From the NCBI GenBank assembly GCA_951406725.2, contig OX597818.1, positions 66,278,001 through 66,342,000 of the forward strand: a stretch of DNA of 64,000 bases. The letters are read 5' to 3'. Source of the DNA: Octopus vulgaris (taxonomy: Eukaryota). The position numbers were made by a program, and so were the translations under genes. Each line of letters starts with the position of its first letter. The first letter of the stretch is position 1. Shown here piece by piece: positions 38,790 to 53,399 of this stretch. The notes below the pieces were generated by a model, which made no database searches, had not been told where the DNA came from, and was given only the letters and a program-made list of their open reading frames with translations.

Positions 38790-39155
38790 TCTCTCTCTTT
38801 TACTCTTTTACTTGTTTCAGTCATTTGACTGCGGCCATGCTGGAGCACCACCTTTTTTAGTACTTATTCTATCGGTCTCTTTTTGCCGAACCGCTAAGTG
38901 ACGGGGACCTAAACACACCAGCATCGGTTGTCAAGCAATGCTAGGGGGACAAACACAGACACACAAACACACACAGATATACATATATATACATATATAC
39001 GACAGGCTTCTTTCAGTTTCCGTCTACCAAATCCACTCACAAGGCATTGGTCGGCCCGGGGCTATAGCAGAAGACACTTGCCCAAGATGCCACGCAGTGG
39101 ACTGAACCCGCAACCGTGTGGTTGGTTAGCAAGCTACTTACCACACAGCCACTCC

Positions 39156-39157
<2 letters not shown>
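38790..39157 (-). mobile_element. Full-length SINE family A
   Basis: Head aggagtggctgtgtggtaagtagcttgct, internal (TG/TA)n, tail gctccagcatggccgcagtcaaatgactgaaacaagtaaaagagtaaaagag. Confidence 0.92.
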
Positions 39158-39186
<29 letters not shown>

Positions 39187-39263
39187 TTATATGCATATAT
39201 ATGTATATATATATATATATATGTATATGTATACATATATATATATATATATGTATGTATATG

Positions 39264-39400
<137 letters not shown>

Positions 39401-39582
39401 TACAATAGAAGGGCAAAAGAAAAATTCTAATGCCAAATATGCTGAAAAAAAGACAACAAAAGACATTAGGAGTTTTCTTTTGCCCTTATATTGTAAATTC
39501 TTTATAAATTTAACCTTTAAAGGTATTTTTAGATATGCTGGCCATTGATGAAATTTTTTCCCGAAAACAATTTCCTCCTACG

Positions 39583-39743
<161 letters not shown>

Positions 39744-39984
39744 AGCATAAAACTTCATACTTTAACTTTCGGGAATTTGATCAACTTTTATCCTTCTTTT
39801 TTTTCTCTTTTTCCATCTCCTTATTCTTTTCCTCCCTTCCTCTATGTCATCTCATTAATATATACCATCCTCCCCAGTAACAGCTGTAAGGTTTTGAATT
39901 CTTTCCTATAATAATATTGTATATGAAATGAGATATTTGCCTTGCCTTAATGTTTGCTACCGTGTGCAACAATCATACACACAT

Positions 39985-40025
<41 letters not shown>

Positions 40026-40678
40026 CACACATACATACATATATATATATGTGTGTGTGTGTACATATGTATTCACACACACTTGTACATTTCTATATTT
40101 ATAATCTTAAGCAGTTACGAATATGCGTGGCATATTCATTGATAATCGTCCACGTACGCTCCCAGAAACTCATTCACACACACGCACACAAGCATACACA
40201 CACAAACATGCATGCATTTGTATACTTACAATCCATAAGATTTTAACGTATTCCCTACACAAGGCCATGTATATATTCACACAGACACATATGGTTTTTT
40301 TTTAGTTTTTTGTTTGTATATGCATATGATTATTCTGTTATGAAGATGCGGAATTAACACGTAATTATTTTTCTTTAAAACATAGAAGTTATATCTCACG
40401 CAATGGAAATTAATATCCTCGCCAGGAATAATAAACAATGTAATAAGTAATAAACAACTTTATAAATGAGGAGATACTATTTTTAAAAACCTTTCATAGC
40501 ATAGCGACTATAAATTGACAATAAAGACACGGAACAGAAACAAAAAAACAAAAAAACGCGTCAATGACCGCAAGTACAAACTTGTATTGTACCAGATAAA
40601 CTTTTGTCGATGGCAATAATTTTGCTTCGAACTTATTGACTTCCCGATAAATTCAGTCTTTTCCATGAAAAAAGAAAC

Positions 40679-40775
40679 ATATCTGCACGTTTCTGCGATA
40701 GATATTTTCCAATATTTTATGCATACACAGGTTCAAATACAGATATATTTACACACATCTACACACATACACAGA

Positions 40776-40816
<41 letters not shown>

Positions 40817-40872
40817 ATAGATATATATTATTTATCGTGGTTCAATAGAATTTAGAAGCACTAACACCAAGG
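40679..40872 (+). repeat. ~195-bp direct repeat, copy 1
   Basis: Near-identical to 42337-42534. Confidence 0.9.
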
Positions 40873-41324
40873 ACGCAAGAAATGGCTAGATACTTTAACA
40901 TGTTCCACAGAAAGTTAAAGAGCTTTGTCGTTACCAAATTTTGGTAAATGACCGCGGAAATGTAAGTACCAGATCCGGCACATGTTCCACACGTGTCGTA
41001 TATATAAAGAGGGAACACAAATGGCGTTTAGAATTTATGACAGCTGTTTCGGTAGAATTTAATTTATGCGTTCTTTGATTACATCATATAATTTAATCAC
41101 CCATCTTTTGAAAAGTGTAAGGAGTCAGCACTACGTGTTTGGATAAATGGCTCTGCAACCGAGTAGGGTTCTCTATGGTCGATGTTTGAAATCTTACGTG
41201 CCTAGTCATTTGGTGAACTATACGTTATGATGTTAACTATAAATGCATCAAAGAGTTTCTACTTAAAGATATATCGTATATTTTAAACGGAAATTTTGTT
41301 CTGCCTTTCTCTCTGTCTTTCTTT

Positions 41325-41356
<32 letters not shown>

Positions 41357-41358
<2 letters not shown>

Positions 41359-41700
41359 GCGTCGATGTGTCGAAAGATGCTTACTTCCCAACCACGCTAT
41401 TCCGGGTTCCGTCCCACTGCATGGCATCTTGGGTAAGTATTTTCTACTATGGCCTCGGGCGGATCATATCATTGTGAGTGGATTTGGTAGACGGAAACTG
41501 AGAGAAATGCCTCATATGTGTGTGCGTATGTGTTTGCGGCGTGCATAGCATCTGATGCGTGCCTAAAGTAACCTATATAATAAGTATTAGGCTTACAAAA
41601 AATTACGTCCTGAGGTCGATTTCTTCGACTAAAATATTTTTAAGGCGGTGCTCCTGCATACCCGTATTCAAATGACGGAAATCAGTAAAAGAATAAAAGA
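41357..41700 (+). mobile_element. SINE family A (diverged)
   Basis: ttccgggttccgtcccactgc...ttgtgagtggatttggtagacggaaactga...agtaaaagaataaaaga. Confidence 0.8.
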
Positions 41701-41703
41701 TAT

Positions 41704-41753
<50 letters not shown>

Positions 41754-42151
41754 GAGACATGTGCTGTCTGTCAGTAATTACTCAGGATAAACAGTTAATG
41801 ACCTTTATGAAGTAAAACAAACAAAAAATAAGAGAAATGGGCGTCCGAGAGAGTTGAAAGCTACTGCCTTTATAGCTCGTAAATAAAACGTTGTTGTAGG
41901 AACGTACACAGCCAGTTTACTACAGTATTACTACGTGCAGTTTAAATGTCGAGGATGGAAACCGGAGGCTGATTATGCCTAACTTATCTGCAAAGAAATA
42001 CAATGATTTGTATTTTATGGATAGTAATCAGTGTCATTCATACATTTAATGAATTAGGTGCATATTTTGCCAGAAAAAGAAAATGTTGCTATCGATCTAT
42101 TATATTGAAGCGAGGTACCACCTACCTTGCCTACCAAGGCGGTATGTCTCA

Positions 42152-42197
<46 letters not shown>

Positions 42198-42336
42198 ATG
42201 TGTGTGTGTGTGTGTCTGTGTGTGTTGTGTGTGTGTAAATTGCAAACTATTAACAGTTTTAGAGGACACTTCTTCAGCTACACTCAGAGGACACCTACAC
42301 TCAGCTATAATGGATTCCATTATAATGGATTCCATT

Positions 42337-42408
42337 ATATCTGCACGTTTCTGCGATAGATATTTTCCAATATTTTATGCATACACAGGTTCAAATACAG
42401 ATATATTT

Positions 42409-42467
<59 letters not shown>

Positions 42468-42534
42468 CACACAAATGTATAGATATATATTATTTATCGT
42501 GATTCAATAGAATGTAGAAGCACTAACACCAAGG
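42337..42534 (+). repeat. ~195-bp direct repeat, copy 2
   Basis: Near-identical to 40679-40872. Confidence 0.9.
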
Positions 42535-43170
42535 TCAATAACTGTGGCATAAACAGTTTGGTTCAGTAGAAAAAAAGTTACTTCAAAATATTTGGGGTCG
42601 AAAGGTGTGCAGTAAGGCACCTATTCATCTGAACTTAACATAATTTAAAAACAAATTTTAAATAAAATTATTCCTGTTTTTTAAAATAAAATTAAAAGGG
42701 ACTTTTCATAGGACAAGTTATTACAACTGGAAAACTATAGGACGACATATTACTTCCAGTAAAGTAAAGAATAAATATATTTTTACGTAAAATATTGCAG
42801 CTAAAATTAAAATTTGAATATGAAAAATATTTTATTATAGTTTACAAATTGCCCTGTACTTATTTAAGTAGAATTTGGCTAATTTACTACCTTAAATGTA
42901 GAAAAAAGCGACTAATTGGACAAACTTACAAATTACCTGAACAGTTTTGTAAAATATATTTAAAAGGTGAGAACTGTAAGGAGTGATAAATTTGAAGAAC
43001 TGACATTTTTTGCTGCTATATGTAAGTAAAATGTTTCTCATTCTTTACTAGAAGTAATAGCTTGTCTTATAGTTTTCCAGGTGTAAAAACATGTCCTGTA
43101 CTTTTCCAGGTTTTTAATCTTAAGAATACAAATTTTTATTCTCTCAGTTTTCTATGTAATATATATATTA

Positions 43171-44463
43171 CGAGGGGAGTTCAATATGTAATGCCCCTGA
43201 CCCACTTGCACTTATTTGTACTAGCTGAAAGTTTGCATGTGCAATTATTTCTATGTGTATAGATTAAGTGGCAAATTACAGCTCTGAGCTAATTGTGGTT
43301 TCTGATTTACAGGTTTTTTAACTGAGTCAAGTGTGAAAAGGAGCCAGTTGAGTGTCGAGCAGTGATCCGGTTTTTGTATTTGAAAGGACGCACACCACGG
43401 GAGACTTTTGATGAAATGAAAGTAACTTATGGTGATGATGCCCCATCATATGACCTTGTAAAACGCTGGCATTGGGAATTCAAACATAGTCGGAACTCTG
43501 TGGAAGCAGCTCCCAGAACTGGTCGCCCCACTTCTGCCATTGATGAGGCATCTGTACGTCAATTTGAGGCTGCCATTTTGGAAGATCGATGCATAATTAT
43601 TCCCCAAATAGCCCATGAGGTCAAGATTAGTACCGGGTCTTTGGAAACTATCATTCATGACCATTTGCATATGCAAAAGGTATCTGCCAGATGGATTGCC
43701 AGGTTGCTCACACCTTTCCTGAAGCAAGAACGCGTCGAGTGCTCGAGGATGAATTTGGAGATGTGCCAAGAAGATGAGTCAAAATTTTTCAAAAGACTGA
43801 TTACACAGGATTAAACCTGGGTCCATCACTATGACCCAGAGACCAAAGCCCAGTCAATGCAGTGGAAGCACCGTGACTCACCTCCTCCAAAGGAGGCAAG
43901 GGTGCAGCCCTCCGCTGGCAAGGTCATGCTCATAGTCTTCCAGGACCAGGACGGAGTAGTGATGACAGATTTCCTGGCAAAGAGTACCACAATTACAGGA
44001 GCCTATTATGCTTCACTTTTGAGGAAATTAAGAGAAGCTATCAAAATCAAGAAGCGGGGCAAGATCAGCAAAGGCATCCCCCCCCCTGCAGGACAACGCT
44101 CCGGTCCACAACTCGTGTGTCGCCAGATCAGAAGCACAGGCGTGCGGCTATGAACTCCTCCCCTATGCCCCTACTCTCCTGACCTTGCACCCTCTGATTT
44201 TCACCTCTTCCCAGCCATGGAGTTATTTTTGAAAGGAAAGCATTTCCCAGATGATACAGCCGTGATTTCTGAAGTCACGTCGTGGTTGGAGGACCAAACC
44301 GGGGTCTTCTACACAAATGGTCTCCAGAGCTGCATCAAACAATGGGAGAAATGCGTAACTCTGGGTAGTTTCTATGTAGAAAAAGACTAATAACTGTGCC
44401 AAGTTTCGTTGCTCTACTGCAATGGGAAGTTGGTCAGGGGCATTACTTATTGAACGCCCCTCG
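43171..44463 (+). mobile_element. Full-length mariner (DD34D) transposon, inactivated
   Basis: TA TSD on both sides; TIRs cgaggggagttcaatatgtaatgcccctgacc / ggtcaggggcattacttattgaacgcccctcg; motifs ARWIAR, ITQD*TWVHHY, QDNA, PYSPDLAPSDF; stop at 43812 and a frameshift in the C-run near 44080. Confidence 0.95.
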
Positions 44464-44710
44464 TATGTCATGTTATGTATTTAAAAAATAGTCAACCGAT
44501 GTCGTTTCTTGATCAAAAGTTTTCTCCATTTTCTAATTATTTAAATTTGATTCCTGATAAACTTTTGTCTATTCTGTTTTTACATGTACCCTATATGCAC
44601 AGTATGCCTACATGCCGATGCCCAGGGATAGCACAGGTAATTGATACCGATAGTAAATACGGATACTATTATCCTATTGTCGGTTACTACAACCGCTAAC
44701 TGCCTTTTAA

Positions 44711-44745
<35 letters not shown>

Positions 44746-46529
44746 AAGAGAGATGCAGTCCGACAGATATATATATATATAGATAGATACATACATACAT
44801 ACATACATACATACATACATACATACATACATACATACATACAGACATAGATCGTTAGATATACAGATATATGTTTATAATATTCCAATACTACAAACTA
44901 CACAAATCAAGTGAAGATGAGAGAAAAGTCAAAGAGAATTTTGTTAATAACTTGAAGCCCTTTTTAGATGAACATTATTAATAATTATAGTATCGGTACT
45001 AGTTCCAATGATGATCATATTAATGAGGTTATGTACTACTGCTCATACAACTACTACCACCGCGACTACTAACAACAGAAGTAAGAAAGGTGATACTGAT
45101 GTTGGTAGTAGCGTTAACCATATCACCATTAATTACCTTGTTAATTATAACAATATAATTCAAAGAAAAGAGGAATGTTAAATATAGATAAACAATTATT
45201 CTTTTAGGGGCGCTCAAAATAAAGGATCTTTGACGTGCTCACCAAACCGTGACGCTAAAACCGCACACCAATTGGCTAAACTATTTTGTTGGAATAAGCG
45301 GGATACATGCTACTCAATGTTGTACACGACACGTATTTATGAAATTTTCGGTGCTTCGGTGAAAGTAAGTGCGATGTCATTAGCTCAAATTTCTAGAAAG
45401 ATTAAATTTGAAATTTATCATATTTCAATATATTCGAAATAATATCAAGTCCTATTTACATGTCATACGCGACAACAAAATTCATTAGATCTTGGGAGAC
45501 GAGAACTCTGTGGATACACGTTTTATAATTCATTTGTATAATTAGCATAATATTTTACTTTTGGTCTATCGGAAAATATTGACAATTTATCAAAGAAGAT
45601 GGCTTATTTATTCATACGACAAAAGAAATTTTCTCATGCCCACCTAAGTCAATGAAAAGATAATAGATAATAGATAAATCTGTTCGATAAATGATGCTAA
45701 ATGTTTAATGAGAGTCTCTCTCGAAATACATAAATATAATCACTTCTTTAAATCTTCCCTTGAGCACAACATATCAAACGGCTTCTGAAGAAGCTATTTT
45801 TAAAGTTTAAGTATAAAATCACCATGAATTAGACAAAATATCCGGTCTCTGTTTGAAGCATTCGAAAAACAAGCATACGTGTTTCAGTTCATATTGGGCC
45901 TCATCGACATAGCTTTTTCCAAGTTTTCTTAGAACTTTTATCGGCAGTTCCAAACATACACAAATTTCTATTCTTAGTAGGATAGTCAACCATTTATGAA
46001 TTTTTATTTTACCTGCCTCAATTTACAATATATATAATTATTTCCACGACGTTTCCTATATGTAGTTATGGCACGCATATATCATTAAAATGTATTCTGC
46101 TTTTCGACTGTATGAGTGTCTAGTCATAACAATCGGAAGTGAACGAAATTCAATTAAACACCACACAGTTTTCCGTAGACATATTGTCTGCAGGACACGT
46201 CATTCGTAGAAAAGATATTTGTAATAAGCAAAGAATCGAAACACATATTAAAACATCAAATTTCCTCCATTAAACTACACATCGTTCAAGCAATAAGAAT
46301 AATGTTTACAACACACGAATAAAATAATAATATTTTCTCAAATAAAGCAAAAATTTGTGTCAACCAAAATTGGAATCTAGCATTTAATTGGTTTAACGAG
46401 AACATTAAGAACATTTGTAAGCATAAAATATAATATAACAGACATTTTGTACTACATAATTTCTGCTTCTAAATATCACATCGTATGGTATTTTAGCAAT
46501 AACTGACTCAACAACGATCCGCCTTTCAG

Positions 46530-46553
46530 GTGAACTAATGATTGTTGTATTGG
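46530..46553 (+). CDS. Candidate 24-nt microexon
   Basis: CTGAC branch-like motif at 46503, gcctttcag acceptor, TGG|gtaagt donor; open only in phase 1 (ELMIVVL). Confidence 0.25.
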
Positions 46554-48019
46554 GTAAGTTTTAGGCTACAGAATTGTGAAAAACCGAAGTGTATCGAGTA
46601 TATCAAATGTGCTTTTGTGTAATGGAAACAGAACTGATCACGTACGACATCCGATCTCATTTGGTCGGGGTAAAAGGGAACATTGACATATAAAGACTTG
46701 CACCCATGTAGGCGCATACATATTCTTTTACTCTTTTAGTTGTTTCAGTCATGTGACTGTGATGCACACAGACACACACACGCACACACACACATATTTA
46801 TATTCGCTTGGGTATCTCTCACTATTCTGCTACTCATTGCCATCTGTTTTCAATATTGCTTGTAAAGTAAATAATTTATTTTCAAGAATGTTTAGAATAT
46901 TCTCTTTGAGACTTAACATTCCGTCATCTCTATTTTCCCTTCCTCTCTCCCTCATTCTCATTTCTTCTGATATGCTCTAGCTTCGATTCTTCTCCCTACA
47001 TTTCCATTCCTACTATGTACCTTTCTCTGTCACATATTCCCGCTAAAGTGCGTTCTTTTCTAAACCATTTCAATTATTCTCGTCTTGTCTTATATCTCGT
47101 TTTCTCCTCTATCATTCTAACATGAAACTAAAATATTCGCATCTTCCTATTTCATTTAAAGCAAGTCACGTAGAGCTATGCTGGTTCTTTGTATGTTCTG
47201 TGTTCACTGAAAATAACCCTAACCATGAGCTCAATAGCCTGACTACTTTGGTTTCCCTAAAAAAACAATAAATACTAACTTTCCATATCAATCTTCATCG
47301 GAATAAATCAACTGCGTACAGCGTTTCTTTCATTTTTAAAAATCTTTCCCATGAAACAATAATAAATTGACCAGTAACTTTCCTCTGTCGTATTTTAGCA
47401 AGCCTGTGTACGTTTGGATCAGTGTGTGCCCAGAATATTACGACCAATATCCAAAGTGAAAGTATTAATGACAACTCGAAACAACGTGCTAGCCCTTCCG
47501 AATTCGCGGATATACTAAAGAGGAAATTTACTATTAAACCTCACGATTGATGTAATAAAAAAAAACGTTTTCATGCAATAAGGGCGATGACAAAACCTTC
47601 GCAGGTAACTGTACGAATAGAACTGAATCTGTATAACCACGAAAATATTCCCACATGTACAGAGGATTTACATTTGAATATGCAGATTATATTATATGAA
47701 ACAAAATAAATAATATCAGATACATGATCGGAGATAAATTATAGCACGCAGTGCGAATGGAAAGATATTGCAGAATACATTATTCGAAAAATACTTGAAA
47801 CGATATCTTGATTTCCTGCGACGAAAAGTTTAGTTGAAATCTGATTTTCTTCCATGATCACAGTATTCAATATTCAAATGTGTTAAAGCACAGCTTAATG
47901 AACAGATATACAATATGATCAAATATATCGTGTCATACCGAAATAAACCTTCAATACACAAGCTTGAACACATAAGGGAAACGGATATGTAGGGTGTTCG
48001 GTGAAAAATTCGTGATTTT

Positions 48020-48578
48020 TATGAAGTCTGATCAATAAGTATCCGAACTGTTGCCATAGAAACGAAGCTAAAGCACGCAGATTAAAGCCTCTTGGTATAG
48101 ATTAACCTTCATCTAAGCGTTGCCTATGCATTTAGTTTAAGGATGTAGCTCACTTCTCTTGTTTACATCAGTGCTTCGAGTTAACATGTGTAACGTGTGA
48201 GCGTCACATTGACCATGACAGAGAATGTTGTCATGCCGATACTTGCTCAGAGGCCTACGCAAAGTTGGATAAAATGTATGGAGAGAGGTCTATGAGCCGC
48301 ACACAAGTGTACGAATAGTTCAGACGTTTCCAAGATGGCCGAACAGATATCGATAGTGGCAAACGTTCTGGTAGACCAGCAACCAGCAAACTGAGGAAAA
48401 CATCGCGGATGTGCGCAGCTATGAGGGAAACTGTCGAATCACAATCTATGAGTTATCGGACGACGCGCAGATTAGTTAGGGTTCAGTTCAGTCCGTTATC
48501 ACTGAAGATTTGGGTATGTGACGCATGCCTGCCAAGTTTGTGCCAAAACTGCTTTCAGCTGACCAAGAATGCACTCGG

Positions 48579-48580
<2 letters not shown>
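48020..48580 (+). mobile_element. Mariner 5' fragment (second family)
   Basis: MYGERSMSRTQVYE*FRRFQDGRTDIDSGKRSGRP...AKFVPKLL (HTH and WVP linker equivalent). Confidence 0.85.
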
Positions 48581-48610
<30 letters not shown>

Positions 48611-49756
48611 GATATATAGATAGATAGATAGTTAGATAGATAAAACTTCCTTATCTATTCATGTTTTCATTCATTAACAAATTCAACACTCATATTCGAC
48701 TGTCATTTTTGTAGAATTCTTCTACTTTTATCAATAATTTCGGCCGATTGGTCTCACTTCATAAATTTAAAAGTTGTTTTGCCGTTTAAAATTGAGTAAT
48801 ATTTTATTTCTTTATAGGGGAACAATACTTCGCTCCTGTAGAGAAATCCATTTTTTCGAGAGGATAACAGCAACGACCTATCTATTTATCAATTTCTATA
48901 GATTTTTGAGAAAAGGCATAAGAGTATTTTAAGTCCTTCTTGTCTAATTAAGAGGTAAGTTCTGCGATTTTGTTTGTTGGATAATCTCCATTAAGAACAG
49001 AAACGTCTCAAGCAAAGCAGTTCAACACCTAATATATGGTATGGTCCATTGACGTAAACTCGATATTCGGTCAAAGAAGGCTTTCTCCATTTCAACATTA
49101 ACAGAGCAAATTTTTCTTTTCCATTTTCCCATTTATATCTAATGCGTTTCAGAAACATCATTTCAAAATATCAGGATTCCTCATAGCATTTTCTAGTATT
49201 CATTGTTTAAATAATATATTTTGCAATGCTATCGCAGATCAATATCAAATATCCCTATAAACCACTCAATACAGTATAATTGTACCAATTTTATAGAATA
49301 GGTCTACCAATAATTTATAAACAACTGGTCTTTGTCTGAGAACATTCATTTTCAATAGCATATTGCAATCCCAGTCGGTGACAGAGAGTCGTTAATCATT
49401 CGGTATAATTCAGAAAGTGAAATGATGCTGTTTCCATTGCGAGACACGTGACTGTACTGATTCATAGCTGTATTCGATACGTTCCATTACACTGACAGTT
49501 CAAATACTAGTCAGAGTCGCCAGGAAGTCATTTCGAACAGCAAAAACCAGACACACATTTCAAAATACATAGAATTTATACATCAACACATACGTATACA
49601 CACATATACACTTAAGTATATATGCGTGGTTATGTATATTAGCGTATATACACATATTATATACGTTCTTTATATATCAGATATAATATACGTATGTGTG
49701 CGTGTGTGTGTATTTGTGTGTGTGTATATATATGCATTATATATATATTATAAATA

Positions 49757-50152
49757 TAGGAGTGGCTGTGTGGTAAGTAGCTTGCTAACCAACCACATGG
49801 TTCTGGGTTCAGTCCAACTGCGTGGCATCATGGGCAAGTGTCTTCTGCTATAGCCCGGGCCGACCAATGCCTTGTGAGTGGATTTGGTAGACGGAAACTC
49901 AAAGAAGCCTGTCGCATATATGTATATATATATGTATATGTGTGTGTGTTTGTGTGTCCCCCTAGCATTGCTTGACAACCGATGCTGGTGTGTTTACGTT
50001 CCCGTCACTTAGCGGTTCGGCAAAAGAGACCGATAGAATAAGTACTGGGCTTACAAAGAATAAGTCCCGGGGTCGATTTGCTCGACTAAATGCGGTGCTC
50101 CAGCATGGCCGCAGTCATCTGACTGAAACAAGTAAAAGAGTAAAAGAGAGTA
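49757..50152 (+). mobile_element. Full-length SINE family A
   Basis: Highly similar to the reverse complement of 38790-39157. Confidence 0.92.
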
Positions 50153-50204
50153 AAGAGTATACATACATACATACACACACACGCACGCATATATATATAT
50201 ACTT

Positions 50205-50935
50205 GTTTTTGATGACGTAACGCGTTGTACGGTGCTGCTCGTCTTTGCATCTCCTGCCGCGGTGTGGGTTCATCTGGTATCTCAGATAGAATCCCGTCCA
50301 TGCGTTTCTTGAAAACATCCCCATCAATATCATGTAGATCTCTAAAGTTGCATGGAATAATTTTGAACTATTGCGGGCCGTTGAAACCCAGACTATTGCA
50401 GTACTGTGTCTTTTTTGTAGATGGGGTACACGGGATCTTTAGTATAATGTAGTGCCATCCATTTCAAGAATTGGTATAGCTGTCAATTCCATAATGGGGA
50501 GTTAAACCCTCCTTGATCTTCCAACTGTATATCACCGCATATATCTGTCGTCTTCTCTCCAAGGAATACAGACTCATCTTCTTTAGCTTCTCCCTGTAGC
50601 TCATCTTTTGCATTGCGTCAATCTTCCTTTTCAAATGATACTGCGTTGATTCCAGTTCCACAGTTTGTTTTACCCTCTCTGGTGACCGTAGTTGGGAGCA
50701 ATAGTCCAAGAGGCTGAGAATGAAAATCTTCCATAGGGGCAGCAGGGCTTCATTTCTCCTGGTTCTGAATCTCCTCAGAATTCATCCTTCCACTCGCGTA
50801 CGCTGTTGCCATATTGGTAATATTCACATGGAATGTTGCATCATTGCTCATGCGAACCCCCAGATCATTGACCGACTCTGACTCTAGGATTATATTACCT
50901 TGTGGTCCAGTTTATTCCGATTTTAGCCTGGTATT
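50205..50935 (-). mobile_element. CR1-like LINE 3' fragment (different family)
   Basis: LDYCSQLRSP...LYSLERRRQIYAVIYSWKI...NSLGFNGPQ...ILSEIPDEP. Confidence 0.85.
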
Positions 50936-50942
50936 GGACCGA

Positions 50943-51210
50943 CAGTTAGAATTTTCTTCAGGCTAAGAAGCACGATCCACACAAAATATCCCTCAATAAC
51001 GGTTGTTTAAGTGCTTCGAACAAAACGCCTATGGTTCCAGAAGTGAATTCTTCACACCCCAAAGAATTCGTCTCAACCTATGACATTGATGCTCTCCTCA
51101 TACTACTCTTGCGCATGATCAAACATACCAGGAGAGAAGTTCAAATGGATTTGGCCAAACAACTGACAACCAAACCATTGGTACTGAGATGGATATGTGC
51201 TATGGCCCTA
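50943..51210 (-). mobile_element. Diverged copy of the 136-476 repeat
   Basis: Direct similarity to ~315-476 over ~50943-51110. Confidence 0.6.
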
Positions 51211-51359
51211 ATTATATACGAATATAAAGCATAGACATGATAACACTTTTAATTACTTATGATTAGAAGACATGAGACCCATTGCCTGGCACTGCATCTG
51301 TTATTACTATAATAATCCCCATCATTATCATCATCATGAACATCATAGTTGTCGCCGTC

Positions 51360-51399
<40 letters not shown>

Positions 51400-52055
51400 C
51401 CACCACCACCACCATCATCATCAATCCAGCGTAGTATTACAAATGCTATTACGCCTATCTCATGTACAGAAAATTATTGTGGATGCTAATTACAATTAGA
51501 TTAAACATTCAGATAAAGAAAACGAATAATAAGTAAGAAAAATGTTTTAGTAGCTAAGCGCGTGCGCACTATGAGTAGTATTCGCGCGCAACATAAAAAT
51601 GGGAAACTGAAAATTAGATAAAATGGTATATTTATTAAGATTGTCAAAGACATAAATCAAGAATCTATTACGAAATTTTATGATATTTCCCAAAATCAAC
51701 GTGCAGTATATAATAATCAGTTACCATGTAATGATGCAAATAAATTCAGTTGAAATACCTCTGGAGAGATTACATGTAATCAATAGATATGGCGAATATA
51801 TTCGGAGGGGGCAATAAATATGATTGGTAAGAAAAATTTATTGTCGTTAAAATAAGAATTGTTTAACCGTCTTAAATATAACATGGGAATGTAACGAGGA
51901 AATGAGAGTTATTGTATTACTTCTAGTTTATTAACATGGCATTGATGTACACAACACGCATATATACATACATACATACGCAACAGAACACATGTATGTG
52001 TACATACATGAATACTTACTTCCATATATGCAAAAATACATATGTGCATACATGT

Positions 52056-52370
52056 GAAGACGCGTGGCTTAGTGGATAGGGCATTCGGCTTAGGATTGTA
52101 AGGTCCTGAGTTCAATTCCTGGCGACGCGTTGTGTCCTTGAGCAAGAGAATTTATTTCCCGTTACTCCAGTCCACTCAGCAGTCAAAAGTGAGTTGTACC
52201 TGTATTTCAAAAGGCCAGCCTTGTCACACTCTCCGTTGCGCTGAATCTACCTGAGAACTACGTACGCATGTCTGAACTAAGGGTACACGGGAAAACTAAA
52301 GGTGCTCGTTTCTGTGGAATGCAGTTAATTACACGAGCAAGCTGTGTATCACCTCGGACCGACGGAGTGC
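52056..52370 (+). mobile_element. tRNA-derived SINE, family C
   Basis: A box TGGCTTAGTGG, B box GAGTTCAATTCC, then gttgtgtccttgagcaag...ctccagtccactcagc. Confidence 0.85.
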
Positions 52371-53399
52371 TCCTGCCTGAATTTTATATGTAATCTTTTT
52401 ACTCTCACTCTCAATTTGTCCATCCGTTTTTCTGCGTCTCTTCATTTATCTCGCTTTATGTATATATCTAAACAAGCATGCTTACTTATACATATATGTA
52501 TCTATATTATTTTAGAAGGAACATCAAAGCAGAACGAGTATATCAATTCATTTAGAATAAGTTAACTAGGGTAAGGTGAACGGCAGGTTACCATCTCCAA
52601 GCACTCGGTAGACATAGCAATATATCGCTTGGGTTAATCCAGAAACGGATGTAAGTCTTCAAATTCACCTTATCTTAATTAAATTATTCTAAATGACTTG
52701 AGGTACTCGTTCTGCTTTCGTTTTGTTTTTTTCTTAAGTATAATATATGCTCGCTATAACGGTCCCCTAATACAGACCCCTAGATCCAGCCTTAGCTGTG
52801 ATCTTGAAACCTCAGTCGACCAACTTCCCCTACTCTATGAAGAGCCCTCCAATACTTCGGAAAGACATTAAATGGCCGTGAAAATTTGAAACCCAAGCTA
52901 ATGCAATACATGTTACTCAATCTAGACGAGATAGACGGGATTTTGGAAGTGCACTGACGTTCATTTCAGAAATTTGTATACCTCTTAATGCCAACCTTTG
53001 ACACCAACACCACCATCATCTTCCATACGTATACCATTGCATATCTCAACTGTCTTTACACCAGTGAGTAAAGTCATAGCAATTTCAGTCTCTGTAGATA
53101 ACTGACAAGTTCCATTGATTCAAACTTTCTCGTATAGCATCATTGAACTGCCCCCACTTCCGCTATTATTTTGACACTATTGCGGGATCAATATTGAGAG
53201 CAGTAACCCAAACATCTGAGAACAAATATCCTCCACAGAACCAGCATAGTTTCTTGGTCCCTTGTTCTGAATGTTCTCAGAATCCATTTCATCATTTACT
53301 TCCACATTGCTACCATCTTGGTGATATGCAAATGAAACGAGTTGTCGCGGCACATATCAATCTGCAGATCACGCACAGTATCTGACTCTGGGATTGCCC

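Noticed and set aside
51272-51499. Poly-His ORF
   Set aside because: (CAT/CAC)n microsatellite.
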